Source: an uncultured Gemmatimonadales bacterium
GTDB taxonomy: Bacteria > Gemmatimonadota > Gemmatimonadetes > Longimicrobiales > RSA9
NCBI GenBank assembly: GCA_963798845.1
Contig: CAWCUS010000006.1
Location: 896,001-960,000, forward strand
DNA: 64,000 nt
Reading direction: 5' to 3'
Below, piece after piece: positions 46,610-57,400 of the stretch (its first letter is position 1; each line of letters opens with the position of its first letter). The notes under the pieces were generated by a model that saw only the letters and a list, made by a program, of their open reading frames with translations, had not been told where the DNA came from and did no database searches. The translations under genes were made by a program, and so were the position numbers.

Positions 46610-48007
46610 TCACGAGAGACCCGTGGTGGCAGGCGTGCGCGGAGGCGAGTCGGGGTCGAAGACCAGGCGTTTCAGCTCCCGCCGCATGCGCACCCGCACC
46701 CGGGCGACGAGGAACAGCGCTACCCCGGCGAGCCCCACCGTGAGCCCCCACCAGAGACCCCGTGGGCCGGCGCCGGTCGCGAACGCGAGGTACACCCCGA
46801 CGGGAAGTCCCAGCATCCAGAACGAGACGAGGTTGGCGATGAAGGGCGCGGTGGTGTCGCCCACGCCGCGCAGCACGCCCGCGCTCACGACCTGGAGGCC
46901 ATCGAACACCTGGAACACGCCCGCGATCGGGATCAACGAGAGGGCCACGGCCGTGACGGCCGGGTCGTCGGTGTACAGGTTCGTGAGCAGCGCCGGCGAG
47001 GTCAGGAAGAGCACGGCCGTACAGCTCATGAACCCCACGCCGCTGGTGAGCGCGGCCGCCACGGCGCTGCGCGCGCCCGCGCTGTCGCTCCTCCCCACCG
47101 CCTGGCCGACGCGCACCGACCCTGCCTGTCCGATGCCGAGCGGGACCATGAACGTGAGGGAGGCGAGGTTGATCGCCACCTGGTGCCCGGCCATCTGCTC
47201 GGTCCCGAGCCATCCCATCAGCAGGGCGACGGCGCCGAACGCGCCGACCTCGAGCTGCATCTGCGCGCCCACCGGGGCGCCGAGACGGAGCATGCGCAGG
47301 AGGGGCCGGAGGCGCAGCATCTCGCGCCTGTCGGCCTTCAGGTAGGGGCCGAGACGGGCGAACGCGAGGGCGCCCAGCCCGAGGAACATGGTCCAGCGAC
47401 TGACGGTCGAGGCCCATCCGGTCCCCACCGGCCCGAGGGCCGGAAGCCCGAAGCGCCCGAACACGAGCGTCCAGTTGAGCGCCACGTTGACCACGTTGGC
47501 GGCGACAATGGCGATCACCACCGGCCGGACGCGATCCATGGACTGGAGCGTCTGGCGCAGCACGACAAAACCAAAGAACGCGACGATACCGGGCGTCGCC
47601 GCGTCGACGTAGCCGGCCGCCAGCGTGATCACGTCCGCGGGCTGGCGGAGCAGGATCATGACGGGACGCGCAAGCGCCAGGGGCACGAGCGCCAGGAGCG
47701 ACAACACGCCGGCAAGCACGAGCCCGCGCTGGAGCCCCCGGGCGATGGCGGGCTCGTCCTCCGCCCCCACGGCCTGGGAGATGACCGGGTCCAGCGCGAA
47801 GAGCACGCCCATCCCGAACACCGCCACCCCGAAGAAGTACAGGTTGCCGAGGGCGACGGCGGCGAGCGCGGTACCCGAGACGCGCCCGACCATCATGGTA
47901 TCCACCACCCCCATCAGCATGAGACCGACCTGCACCGTGACGATCGGCACGGCGAGGCGGATGAGCGACGCGAACTCGCGGGCGGGCGGGAAGGCGGGGG
48001 TGCGCAT
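46610..48007 (-). CDS. MATE-family efflux transporter (NorM-like)
   Basis: VDTMMVG, AGHQVAIN, FMVPLG, FQVFDG, GVLRGVGDT, GLWWG. Confidence 0.92.
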   Translation of the reverse strand: MRTPAFPPAREFASLIRLAVPIVTVQVGLMLMGVVDTMMVGRVSGTALAAVALGNLYFFGVAVFGMGVLFALDPVISQAVGAEDEPAIARGLQRGLVLAGVLSLLALVPLALARPVMILLRQPADVITLAAGYVDAATPGIVAFFGFVVLRQTLQSMDRVRPVVIAIVAANVVNVALNWTLVFGRFGLPALGPVGTGWASTVSRWTMFLGLGALAFARLGPYLKADRREMLRLRPLLRMLRLGAPVGAQMQLEVGAFGAVALLMGWLGTEQMAGHQVAINLASLTFMVPLGIGQAGSVRVGQAVGRSDSAGARSAVAAALTSGVGFMSCTAVLFLTSPALLTNLYTDDPAVTAVALSLIPIAGVFQVFDGLQVVSAGVLRGVGDTTAPFIANLVSFWMLGLPVGVYLAFATGAGPRGLWWGLTVGLAGVALFLVARVRVRMRRELKRLVFDPDSPPRTPATTGLS

Positions 48008-48156
48008 GGGCGGGAGGATAATCGAAGTCGCCGTAGCGCGGGAGGGCGGAGCCGCACGCCCCTGGCGCCGCCTCGATCGCGCGCCCAGTTTCCGGGCGGC
48101 CCCCCCCAACGTACGGACGTCACGACACGAACACCCCGAAGACGGGAACGGCAACC

Positions 48157-51100
48157 ATGAGGATGGCACGCTCGCTGCTCGCGCTCACGCTCCTCTCGCT
48201 GGCGGCCGCCCCGGTGGCGGCGCAGGAGGACAGCTCATCCACCTACCGCGGTCTTGCCCTGCGGGAGATCGGGCCGGCCATGACGTCGGGGCGGATCGCC
48301 GACCTCGCGGTGAATCCCGCCAATCCGGCGGAGTACTACGTGGCCACCGCCTCCGGTGGCGTCTGGAAGACGACGGACGCCGGGATCAGCTACCGTCCGA
48401 TCTTCGACCACGAGGGCTCCTACTCCATCGGCGTGGTGGCGCTCGACCCGTCGAACCCGCACGTGGTATGGGTGGGGACGGGGGAGAACAACGCGCAGCG
48501 CAGCGTGTCCTACGGCGACGGCGTCTACAAATCGGAGGACGGCGGGAAGAGCTGGAAGCGGGTGGGGCTGGAGTCCAGCGAGCATGTCGGCCGGATCGTC
48601 ATCGACCCCCGCAACACGGACGTGGTGTACGTCGCGGCGCAGGGCCCGGTGTGGAGCGCGGGCGGCGACCGGGGGCTGTACAAGACCACGGACGGCGGGA
48701 AGACGTGGTCGAAGGTGCTGGATGTCAGCGAGAACACGGGCGTGACCGACCTCGTCATGGATCCGCGCGACCCGGACCTGCTCATCGCGGCGGCGTGGCA
48801 GCGGCGGCGTCACGTGTGGACCTACATCGGCGGGGGCCCCGAGTCGGCGCTGTACCGGTCCACGGACGGCGGCGCGAGCTGGACGAAGCTGACGAAGGGC
48901 CTCCCTTCCGGCGACGTGGGTCGCTACGGCCTCTGCATCTCCCCGGCTGACCCGGACTTCATATACGCCATAGTGGAAGCGAGCGGGGAGCAGGGCGGCG
49001 TGTACCGGTCCACCGACCGTGGCGCATCGTGGACGAAGCGCGACAGCTACAACGGCAGCGGCAACTACTACAACGAACTGATCTGCGACCCAAAGAATCG
49101 GGACGTCGTGGCGGCCATGGACACGTACGCCATGATCACCACCGACGGCGGGAAGACGTGGGAGCGGCTGGGCGAGAAGAACAAGCACGTGGACAACCAC
49201 GCGCTCTGGATCGACCCGGCCGACACCGACCATTACCTGATGGGCACGGACGGCGGGCTCTACGAGAGCTACGACCGGGGCGCCAGCTGGCAGTTCAAGC
49301 CAAACCTGCCGGTGACCCAGTTCTACGACGTTGCCCTGGACAACGAAAAGCCGTTCTACAACGTGTACGGCGGCACCCAGGACAACTTCTCCATGGGCGG
49401 GCCGTCACGGACCATCTCCAGCGCGGGCATCGTGAACGCGGACTGGTTCGTCACGGCGGGCGGCGACGGGTTCCAGAGCCAGGTGGACCCGGAGAACCCG
49501 GACATCGTCTACGCGGAGAGCCAGTATGGCGGGCTGCAGCGCTACGATCGGAAGAGCGGCGAAGGGGTGTACATCCAGCCGCAGCCGGAGAAGGGGGAGG
49601 CGCTGCGCTGGAACTGGGACTCGCCGCTCCTGATCAGCCCCCACTCGCCCACGCGGCTCTACTTCGCCGCCAACCGGCTGTACCGCAGCGAGGATCGGGG
49701 CGACAGCTGGCGCGCCATCAGCCCGGACCTGTCTCGGCAGCTCGATCGGAACAAGCTCCCCGTCATGGGCAGGGTGTGGGGGATGGACGCGGTGGCGAAG
49801 AACGCCTCCACCACGATCTACGGCAACGCGGTGGCGCTGACCGAGTCGCCGGTGCAGGAGGACCTGCTGTACCTGGGCACGGATGACGGCCTGATCCAGG
49901 TGACCGAGGACGCCGGAGGGCAGTGGACCCGGTACGATCGGTTCCCGGGCGTGCCGGAGCGGACGTACGTGGACGCCGTCATCGCCTCGCGGCACGATGC
50001 GTCGACCGTTTACGCGGCGTTCAACAACAAGAAGAACGGGGACTTCAAGCCGTACCTGGTGAAGAGTACGGACAAGGGGAAGCACTGGGCGTCCATCGCA
50101 GGGGACCTCCCGGAGCGCGGCTCCGTGTACACGCTCGCCGAGGATCCGGTGGACCCGCAGCTCCTCTTCGCGGGCACGGAGTTCGGCGTCTTCTTCACGC
50201 GCGACAGCGGTCAGCACTGGGTCCAGCTGAAGGGCGGGATACCGACGATCGCCGTGCGCGACCTGAAGATCCACGAGCCGGAGAACGACCTGGTGCTCGC
50301 CACGTTCGGACGCGGATTCTGGGTCCTGGACGACTACTCTCCGCTGCGCGGCGCCGACGCGGCGACGCTGTCCGCGGACGCGCACATCTTCCCGGTCCGC
50401 GACGCGCTCCTCTATATCGTGAAAGATCCGTTCGCCTACGCCGGGAAGGGGTTCCAGGGAGAGAGCTACTACGGCGCGGACAACCCGCCGTTCGGGGCGG
50501 TCTTCACGTACTATCTGAAGGACGACATCGAGACGCGGGAGGAGGCGAGGCACGAAGCGGAGAAGGAGACCGCGAAGGCCGGGCGGGACGTCGCCTACCC
50601 GAGCTTCGAGGAGATGCGAGCGGAGGACCGGGAGCAGGACCCCTACCTGCTATTCACCATCACGAAGCCGTCGGGCGACGTGGTGCGCCGCATCGCGGCG
50701 AAACCGTCGAAGGGGATGCACCGGATCGCGTGGAACCTGCGCTACCCGGCCAGCACGCCGGTGGACGCGAGCGGCGCGTTCAAGCCGCTGGAGGAGGGGC
50801 GTGACGGGCCCTACGTCGCGCCCGGTGCGTACCGCGTATCTCTCGCCAGGGTGGTGGACGGGGTGCCGACCGAGCTGGTGGCGCCCGTCGAGTTCCAGGT
50901 GGTGCCGCTGAACAACGCGACGCTGGCCACGAGCGACCGCGACGCGCTGGTCGCGTTCCAGCAGGAGGCGGACGCGCTGCTTGGCCAGGTGATGAGGGCG
51001 TCGCGTCGCCTGGACGAGGCAGCGACCACGCTGGCCAGCGTGAAGCAGGCCACGCTCCGATCCACCCGCGTGCCCACGAGCGTGCTTCAGCAGGCGAGGG

Positions 51101-51408
51101 AGCTGGAAGAGCGGATCGCCGATCTTCAGGTCCGGCTGGACGGAGATCAGAGCGTGGCGGCGCGGCAGTTCGAGACCACGCCTTCCATCAGCGACCGGGT
51201 GCAGACGGCCGTCTACTCGTCGTACGGCGCCACTTCCGCGCCGACGGGGACGCAGCGGGACCAGCTCGCCATCGCGAAGGACCAGATGGCCGAGGTGGCA
51301 CCGGCCGTTGACGCGCTGGTGCGGGACGTCCGCGCGCTGGAGTCGCGGCTCGAGGAGATGGGGGCGCCGTACACGCCGGGACGCCCCTCCGGCGACAGCG
51401 ACAGATAG
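48157..51408 (+). CDS. Large secreted VPS10/sortilin-like BNR-repeat (glycosyl hydrolase-like) protein
   Basis: Signal peptide; REIGPAMTSGRI, many S/TxDGGxxW repeats, HVDNHALW, GGTQDN, ATFGRG. Confidence 0.88.
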   Translation: MRMARSLLALTLLSLAAAPVAAQEDSSSTYRGLALREIGPAMTSGRIADLAVNPANPAEYYVATASGGVWKTTDAGISYRPIFDHEGSYSIGVVALDPSNPHVVWVGTGENNAQRSVSYGDGVYKSEDGGKSWKRVGLESSEHVGRIVIDPRNTDVVYVAAQGPVWSAGGDRGLYKTTDGGKTWSKVLDVSENTGVTDLVMDPRDPDLLIAAAWQRRRHVWTYIGGGPESALYRSTDGGASWTKLTKGLPSGDVGRYGLCISPADPDFIYAIVEASGEQGGVYRSTDRGASWTKRDSYNGSGNYYNELICDPKNRDVVAAMDTYAMITTDGGKTWERLGEKNKHVDNHALWIDPADTDHYLMGTDGGLYESYDRGASWQFKPNLPVTQFYDVALDNEKPFYNVYGGTQDNFSMGGPSRTISSAGIVNADWFVTAGGDGFQSQVDPENPDIVYAESQYGGLQRYDRKSGEGVYIQPQPEKGEALRWNWDSPLLISPHSPTRLYFAANRLYRSEDRGDSWRAISPDLSRQLDRNKLPVMGRVWGMDAVAKNASTTIYGNAVALTESPVQEDLLYLGTDDGLIQVTEDAGGQWTRYDRFPGVPERTYVDAVIASRHDASTVYAAFNNKKNGDFKPYLVKSTDKGKHWASIAGDLPERGSVYTLAEDPVDPQLLFAGTEFGVFFTRDSGQHWVQLKGGIPTIAVRDLKIHEPENDLVLATFGRGFWVLDDYSPLRGADAATLSADAHIFPVRDALLYIVKDPFAYAGKGFQGESYYGADNPPFGAVFTYYLKDDIETREEARHEAEKETAKAGRDVAYPSFEEMRAEDREQDPYLLFTITKPSGDVVRRIAAKPSKGMHRIAWNLRYPASTPVDASGAFKPLEEGRDGPYVAPGAYRVSLARVVDGVPTELVAPVEFQVVPLNNATLATSDRDALVAFQQEADALLGQVMRASRRLDEAATTLASVKQATLRSTRVPTSVLQQARELEERIADLQVRLDGDQSVAARQFETTPSISDRVQTAVYSSYGATSAPTGTQRDQLAIAKDQMAEVAPAVDALVRDVRALESRLEEMGAPYTPGRPSGDSDR

Positions 51409-51432
51409 CAGGCGCATTCACTGTCGGGCCGG

Positions 51433-51476
51433 ACGGGAAAGCGGCTGGCGGGTCACCCCGCCAGCCGCTTTCCCGT
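51433..51476. terminator. Perfect 20-bp inverted repeat between convergent genes (likely bidirectional terminator)
   Basis: ACGGGAAAGCGGCTGGCGGG-tcac-CCCGCCAGCCGCTTTCCCGT. Confidence 0.75.
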
Positions 51477-51509
51477 TTCCCCTGCCACCGGTGCGGCGAC
51501 GGTGTGTTC

Positions 51510-52475
51510 TCAGAAGAGCTCGTAGCGTCCGCGGTCCACGTCCTCGAGGAGGTCCTGGAGTCGCCGCCAGACACCGTGGATCTCGCCCCGGGTCAGGCCC
51601 AGCTGGATCCGGTCGCCGTGGCGGCGGACGCCCCGGTCGGCCGAAAGGTTCGGCCCGGGCGGCACGGATTCGAGGAGCCGGTCGGGGCCGATCCGGAACT
51701 CCGCGACGGTCTCGAGCTGCGCCGTGAGGTCGTCCTCGGTCAGGGTGCGCAGACGCTCGACGGTGGAGCGCGGGAGGCGCTTCACACGGATGCGCCGCCA
51801 TTCCGCGCCGCGGTTGCTCGCTTCGCTCGCGAAGGCGACACCGTTGTCTACCGAGTACACGCGCGGTCCGGTGGAGTCGCGGGAGATCAGGAAGTTGCCG
51901 GCGTTCGAGTCGGAGTGCCGGACCAGGTAGGTGAAGAGGTTGAAGTTGCCGATGGCGCGGGCGTAGGCGGTGTCGGTCTCGACGCGGTCCGGCTGCCAGA
52001 AGTCCTCGGGCGTGACGTTGAAGAGCCAGTACTGGAGCGCGACGACGACGGACTCGGTATCCAGGAACGTGGCGTGGGCATTCGGGTTCAGCGTGCGGTA
52101 CCAGACCAGCGGGAATGCGCGCAGGACCGTGGGCGGCACCACGATCTGGCTGTTGTCCAGGAACAGCCGCTGGAGCTGGTACGCGGCCACCTCGTAACGC
52201 GGGCTGTTGTTGAATGCCTCGCCACCCGGGGCCGCCGGCGCCCACTTCGTCACGAACATCTCGCCGTCGCCGAACTTCAGCGCCATGCGGCTGGTTCGGT
52301 CCCCCTCGAACCGCGAACCTCGCTCGTCCACGATCGTGAACGCCCCGTGATGGAGCCGCGCATCGATGGTGTCCACGGGAGCGAGGAAGTTGCCCTGGGC
52401 GCGGGCGCCCGGGACGAGTGCGAGCCAGAGCAGCGCAGAGAGGGCGGCGGAGTGTGAACGGTGGATGCGGATCAT
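51510..52475 (-). CDS. Secreted atypical kinase (PI3/PI4-kinase-like fold)
   Basis: Signal peptide ending ARA-Q; FVTKW, RYEVAAYQLQ, VVPPTVLR, HSDSNAGNFL, YSVDNGVAF. Confidence 0.72.
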   Translation of the reverse strand: MIRIHRSHSAALSALLWLALVPGARAQGNFLAPVDTIDARLHHGAFTIVDERGSRFEGDRTSRMALKFGDGEMFVTKWAPAAPGGEAFNNSPRYEVAAYQLQRLFLDNSQIVVPPTVLRAFPLVWYRTLNPNAHATFLDTESVVVALQYWLFNVTPEDFWQPDRVETDTAYARAIGNFNLFTYLVRHSDSNAGNFLISRDSTGPRVYSVDNGVAFASEASNRGAEWRRIRVKRLPRSTVERLRTLTEDDLTAQLETVAEFRIGPDRLLESVPPGPNLSADRGVRRHGDRIQLGLTRGEIHGVWRRLQDLLEDVDRGRYELF

Positions 52476-52484
52476 CGGATCCTC

Positions 52485-53966
52485 CTACCGCCCCGGTGCC
52501 GGGCTGCCGGCGGGGGCGGGCTGGGTTGACGGGTCGCGATTCGGCCTTGCCGAGGCGGGGAGCCGGACGGGGAGGCGGACCGTGAACCGGGTGCCTTTCC
52601 CCGGCTCGCTCCGGATGTCGATGTGGCCATGGTGCCGATCCACGATCTGGCGCGTGATGAGGAGACCCATGCCCATTCCCATGCGCTTCCCCTTGGTCGT
52701 GAACCCCGGATCGAAGATGCGCGCGAGGTTGTCTGGAGCAATGCCGACGCCCGTGTCCTCCACGTCGATGGCGACCTCGTCCCCCTGATGGCGCGTGCGG
52801 ATCGTGATGGTGCCGTTGCCGTGCATGGCCTGCGCGGCGTTCACGATGAGGTTCATGAAGACCTGGTGGACCTGGTTCGGATAACACTCCACCCGCGGCA
52901 GCGCTCCGTACTCCTTCACGACCTCCACTCGGCCCTTGAGCTGGTGGTCCACGATGGCGAGCGTGCTCTCGAGCCCCTCGTGCAGGTCGGCGAAGTCGAC
53001 TTCCGAGCGATCGTCCCGGCCGAAGGTGCGCAGGCTGGTCACCAGGCGCATCATCCGGTCGACCGCCAGGTTGTTTGTATCCGTTACGCCGTCCACTGCC
53101 TTGACAATGCGTCGGACATCCTCGAGCTCGTCCTCGTCCACGACCTCGTCGGCGAGGATCTCCCGGAGCCGGGTCAGCGCCCGGTGGATCGTGTCGTGGT
53201 TGCTGTGCAGCGCGCCGAGAGGAGTGTTGATCTCGTGCGCCACGCCAGCGATCAGGTTTCCGAGCGTGGCCAGCTTCGCGGACCCGACCAGCTCGGCCTG
53301 CGCGCTTCGCAGCTTGGCGTAGGCCGCTTCGACCTCATCGTGAGACTGCTGGATGCGGTCCGACATCTCCGTCAGCCGGTCGTTCGCCCGGGCGAGCTCA
53401 CGGCTCTGTCGCCTGCCGGCTTCGGCGTACCGTCCGACCACGGTCGACAGCCCCGCGATGACCGACATGGAGATGAAGAAGGCGCCCAGCGCGTAGCGGG
53501 GCTGGGCGTACTCCGGGTCGATGGCGGAAAAGAGGGCGCCGGCCGGGACGGCGCCGACCGCTTCCGCCAGGATGAGCGCGGCGCTGGCGACGATGGCCAT
53601 GGCCGAACCGGCCATCCCCCAGCCGCCGGGGTAGAGCATGTTCCACTCCACCGCCGGGAACAGGAGGAAGAGCGTCGCCAGCCAGCTGCTCGCCCCGATG
53701 TAGTGGGCCACGAGCACGGCCGCGAGGATCTCCAGGGAGAAGACCGCGAAGCGGAAGAAGAAGAAGTAGGGTGTGTGGCGGTGGGCATCGAGCCACATCA
53801 GGGCCAGGGAGGAGGCGGAGAACCAGACGGCGGTGATGGCGAAGAAGCGGACATCGAGCGGGAGACGGAGCACGGCGAGGAAGAGCGCCCCGGCGGCGAG
53901 CGACCAACCCGCCACCGCCGCCCGTGCGCGGATCGGCCGGTAGAGCGGGGCCTCCGTTGCACTCAC
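52485..53966 (-). CDS. Membrane sensor histidine kinase (NtrB-like core)
   Basis: About 6 TM helices; AGVAHEINTP, QVFMNLIVNA, DTGVGI, FDPGFTTK, GMGMGL. Confidence 0.93.
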   Translation of the reverse strand: MSATEAPLYRPIRARAAVAGWSLAAGALFLAVLRLPLDVRFFAITAVWFSASSLALMWLDAHRHTPYFFFFRFAVFSLEILAAVLVAHYIGASSWLATLFLLFPAVEWNMLYPGGWGMAGSAMAIVASAALILAEAVGAVPAGALFSAIDPEYAQPRYALGAFFISMSVIAGLSTVVGRYAEAGRRQSRELARANDRLTEMSDRIQQSHDEVEAAYAKLRSAQAELVGSAKLATLGNLIAGVAHEINTPLGALHSNHDTIHRALTRLREILADEVVDEDELEDVRRIVKAVDGVTDTNNLAVDRMMRLVTSLRTFGRDDRSEVDFADLHEGLESTLAIVDHQLKGRVEVVKEYGALPRVECYPNQVHQVFMNLIVNAAQAMHGNGTITIRTRHQGDEVAIDVEDTGVGIAPDNLARIFDPGFTTKGKRMGMGMGLLITRQIVDRHHGHIDIRSEPGKGTRFTVRLPVRLPASARPNRDPSTQPAPAGSPAPGR

Positions 53967-54442
53967 AGGAAGGCCTTCACCAGGCGGCGCCGGATCTCGA
54001 ACAGCTCCGAGTGCGCGTCCTCGAGAGCCATGACGCGGCTTTCCAGCTCGTTGAACAGTGTCGAGCGCTCCACCCCGTTCCGGATCACCAGCTTCAGGTG
54101 CTCGTTGTTCCAGGGCTTCTCGAGGTAGTAGTAAAGCCCCGCCTCGTTGATCGCGCGGATCGCGTTCTCCTTGTCCGCGTACCCGGTGAGCAGGATGCGC
54201 GTGGCCTGCGGCTTCTTCGACCGGAGGTTCCGCAGGAACGTGATGCCGTCCATCTCCGGCATCATGAAGTCCGCGACCACCACGCTCACGGGCTCCGACT
54301 CCACGTCCTCCAGGGCTCGCAGCGGAGAGGTGTAGGTGAGGATCCGGTAGGAGGTCTCCAGCTCCAGGAAGCTGCGGAGCGCCGTGGCGACCATGTCCTC
54401 GTCGTCCACGATCATGACGGTAGGCGTCTGCGGGTCAGGCAT
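53963..54442 (-). CDS. Response regulator: receiver domain plus coiled-coil tail, no DNA-binding domain
   Basis: IVDDE, VADFMMP, LLTGY, YLEKPW. Confidence 0.92.
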   Translation of the reverse strand: MPDPQTPTVMIVDDEDMVATALRSFLELETSYRILTYTSPLRALEDVESEPVSVVVADFMMPEMDGITFLRNLRSKKPQATRILLTGYADKENAIRAINEAGLYYYLEKPWNNEHLKLVIRNGVERSTLFNELESRVMALEDAHSELFEIRRRLVKAFL

Positions 54443-54470
54443 TTTTCACGAAAGCGGCGAGGAGCGGTGG

Positions 54471-57400
54471 TCAGGCCACCAGCGTGCGGACGCGGCGCGC
54501 CAGCCCCTGGAGCAACCCGAGGGCGAGCTCGGCGTGGTCCGCGAGGAGATCGTAGAAATCGGCCCGGGCGATGCGCAGGAGCCGGCTGGGCATTACCGTG
54601 GTGGCCGTCACCAGGCTCGGCGCCTCGTCGATGAGGGCCCAGGTCCCGAACGCCTGCCCCGGGCCCGCTAGCAGGCGCTGGTCCGCCACCCCACGCATCT
54701 CGACCCTGCCATCCACCACGACGTAGAGCGCATCGGTCGGCTCGTCCTCCCGGATCAGCACGGTCCCTGCCTCCACCTCGACCTCCTCGGCGATGGACGC
54801 CAGCAGCGCCAGGTGCGCGCTGCGCGCATCCTGGAGCAGGTCGATCTTCTGGAGCAGGAAGACCTTCTCGATGAGATCCATGGAGCTCCGCGTGCCGGCG
54901 TCGCCGTCCGCCAGCAGGCGTTCGGCCAGCGTGCGCAGGTCACCGCGCGTGGACGGAACGATGATACCACGAACCGCCTCCAGGCTCCAGTGCGCTCCGA
55001 TCTCGATCAGCGTCGCCACGGCCAGGCGGGCGATCCACGGGTCTCCGTCCAGGAGGAGCGGGGCCAGCGTGACGTCGGGTGCGGGGGTCCCGCGCGGCAG
55101 GCGAGCCTCGCCCAGGACCGGTCCCACCTTCTCGAACAGGCTGCGATCGAGCACCTCCTCCAGCCATTCCACGGCGTTCGCGCTGGACGACCGCTCGCCG
55201 GCGCGGACGGCGAGGAAGCAGCGGTACACCTCGTCGTGGGGGTAGAGCAGGCCCATGAGCCGGAACACCCCCTCCTGGCGCTCGGACCACGCCTCCTTCA
55301 GCGACCGCGCCAGGAGCGATGCGGCGGGGCCGCGCGCCTCCAGGCGGTGGAGGCAGCCCCGGGCCATGGCGTAACGGGCCGCGGCGTCCACCTCGCGGAA
55401 GATGCTGGCCAGGACCAGGTCACGGTCGAAGCTCAGGTCGGGAAACCGGGCTCGCAGCTGGCTCAGCGCTTTCAGCGTGCGATAGTCCAGGAGCTGGTCC
55501 GTCTCCGGCGCGACGACGCTGTGCAGCATCAGCGTCGCCGCCTTCTGGTCCGCGACCCTCGCCAGCACCGACGGGATGTGCCGCCGGATCGACGGGTGCG
55601 CCGACTCGTCCAGGAGGTAGCTGCCGAGGATGTCGACCGCGCGGGGTCCCTGGTCGGCGAGGGCCTCGCGCGCGGCGTGGCGCGTGCCCGGCGCCTTCAG
55701 CCCGGCGATGATCGCGGCGTGGAAGTCCGGCTCGCCGATCAGACCGGCGCTGCGGATCGCGGCCGAGGCCACGAGGGGGTCGGGGTCGTGGAGGAACGGT
55801 TCCAGCAGCTCGCGGGCACGGGGGTGCGTACGCATCGCCCCGGCGGCGAGGGCCAGCTCGATGCGGGCGCTGCGATCGCCTTCGTACGCCTGCTGCCACC
55901 GCTCGTCCAGGTATCCCGGGTCCAGGACGTCGCCGCCTTCCACTTCGATCTCGCCGCGCGTCAGACAGGCGAGGGTGGCCGTGCGCACGCCCGTGTCGGG
56001 GTCGCGCATCAGCTCCGCGACCGTGTCCCTCACGTGGCCGCGATTCACGGCCACCACGGCCAGGACCGCCTGCTCCCGCACGCCGCGCGCGGTGTCGTGG
56101 AGGCGCGCGCGCACCCGGTCGATGTCCACGATGCCGGGGTCCCGGGCCAGGATGGAGAGCGCCTTGCCCCGGATGTCGGGCGAGGCGTGGTCCAGAAGGT
56201 CGTGCAGCGCGTCCTTGATCGGCGCGGTGTTCGTGGTCCCGCTCTGGTCCACCAGGTCGAGGGCGAACGACGTCTGGACGGGATCGGAGCCGGTGAGCGC
56301 GCTCCGGACCACCTGGACCGTGCTGGCGTCGGCCAGGGTGGAGAGCCCCTGGAAGCTCGCGAAGCGCCCGCGGATCGAACGGGCGAGCGTGCGGACGTAC
56401 TCGCGCCGTATCGCGACCGTCGCCGCCAGCCAGGCCAGCGCCAGTCCCACCACCACGAAGCGCAGCCGGAACGGGGGCACGCCGATGAGATCGACCAGCG
56501 CGAAGATCAGGACGGCCGTGAACGCCTTGCCGAACCCCTTCTCGATGCCGACGTCGATGTACGTCTTCGCCTTCAGCTTGATCGGGTCCGGAACCGGGAC
56601 GTACAGGATCTCGCGGCCGGCGCGCTCGGCCGAATAGCGGAAGGTGAGGTCGGAGGTGCGGGCGATGACCACCGTGTAGATGCTGAAGGCCGCCGCCATG
56701 ACCGCGGTCGAGACCAGCATCAGCACGGGGAGGATGAACACGGCCACGCCCACGCCCCAGCGACGGAGCACCGGCCGCAGCGCCAGCACCGAGAGGATGG
56801 GGAGCGTCGAGGAGATCACGCCGATGATGCCCTGGAAGCGGGTGATCGCGTCCAGCGTCCCGAACTGCTGCTCGGAAAGCGTGTTGAACTCGTAGTCCAC
56901 GAACTGCTTCGTCATGATGGCGAGCAGCACCGTCAGCGCGATCAGCTGGACGTGCGGGTTCGAGAACACCTGCCGGAACTCGCCCACGACGATCTGCTCG
57001 CGACGATGGATCTGCTTCGCCCTCGCCCGCTGCACCCCCGACTCGTCCTCCGGCCACACGAAGAGGATCCCGATCCCGAACGCCAGGATGAACGCTGCCG
57101 CCACCAGCAGAAGGTCCGGCGTCCCGATGACGTGGGCCAGCGACGCGGAGATCCCGCCTCCGAGCGCCGCGCCGATCGCGCCGCCGCCGATCACCAGCGG
57201 ATACGCGCTCCTCGCCGTGCGCGCGTTCAGCAACAGCTGCGTCGCCGCGAAGAACTGCGTCACCAGTGCCGCCGAGAAGAGGTCGTACCAGCCGTAGAAC
57301 GCCAGCCCGTACACCATGCTCCCCTCCCGGTAGGCCAGCCGGAACAGCACCAGGTTCGCCGAGAAGAAGAACGCCACCGCCGGCACCAGCGTGCGCCACC

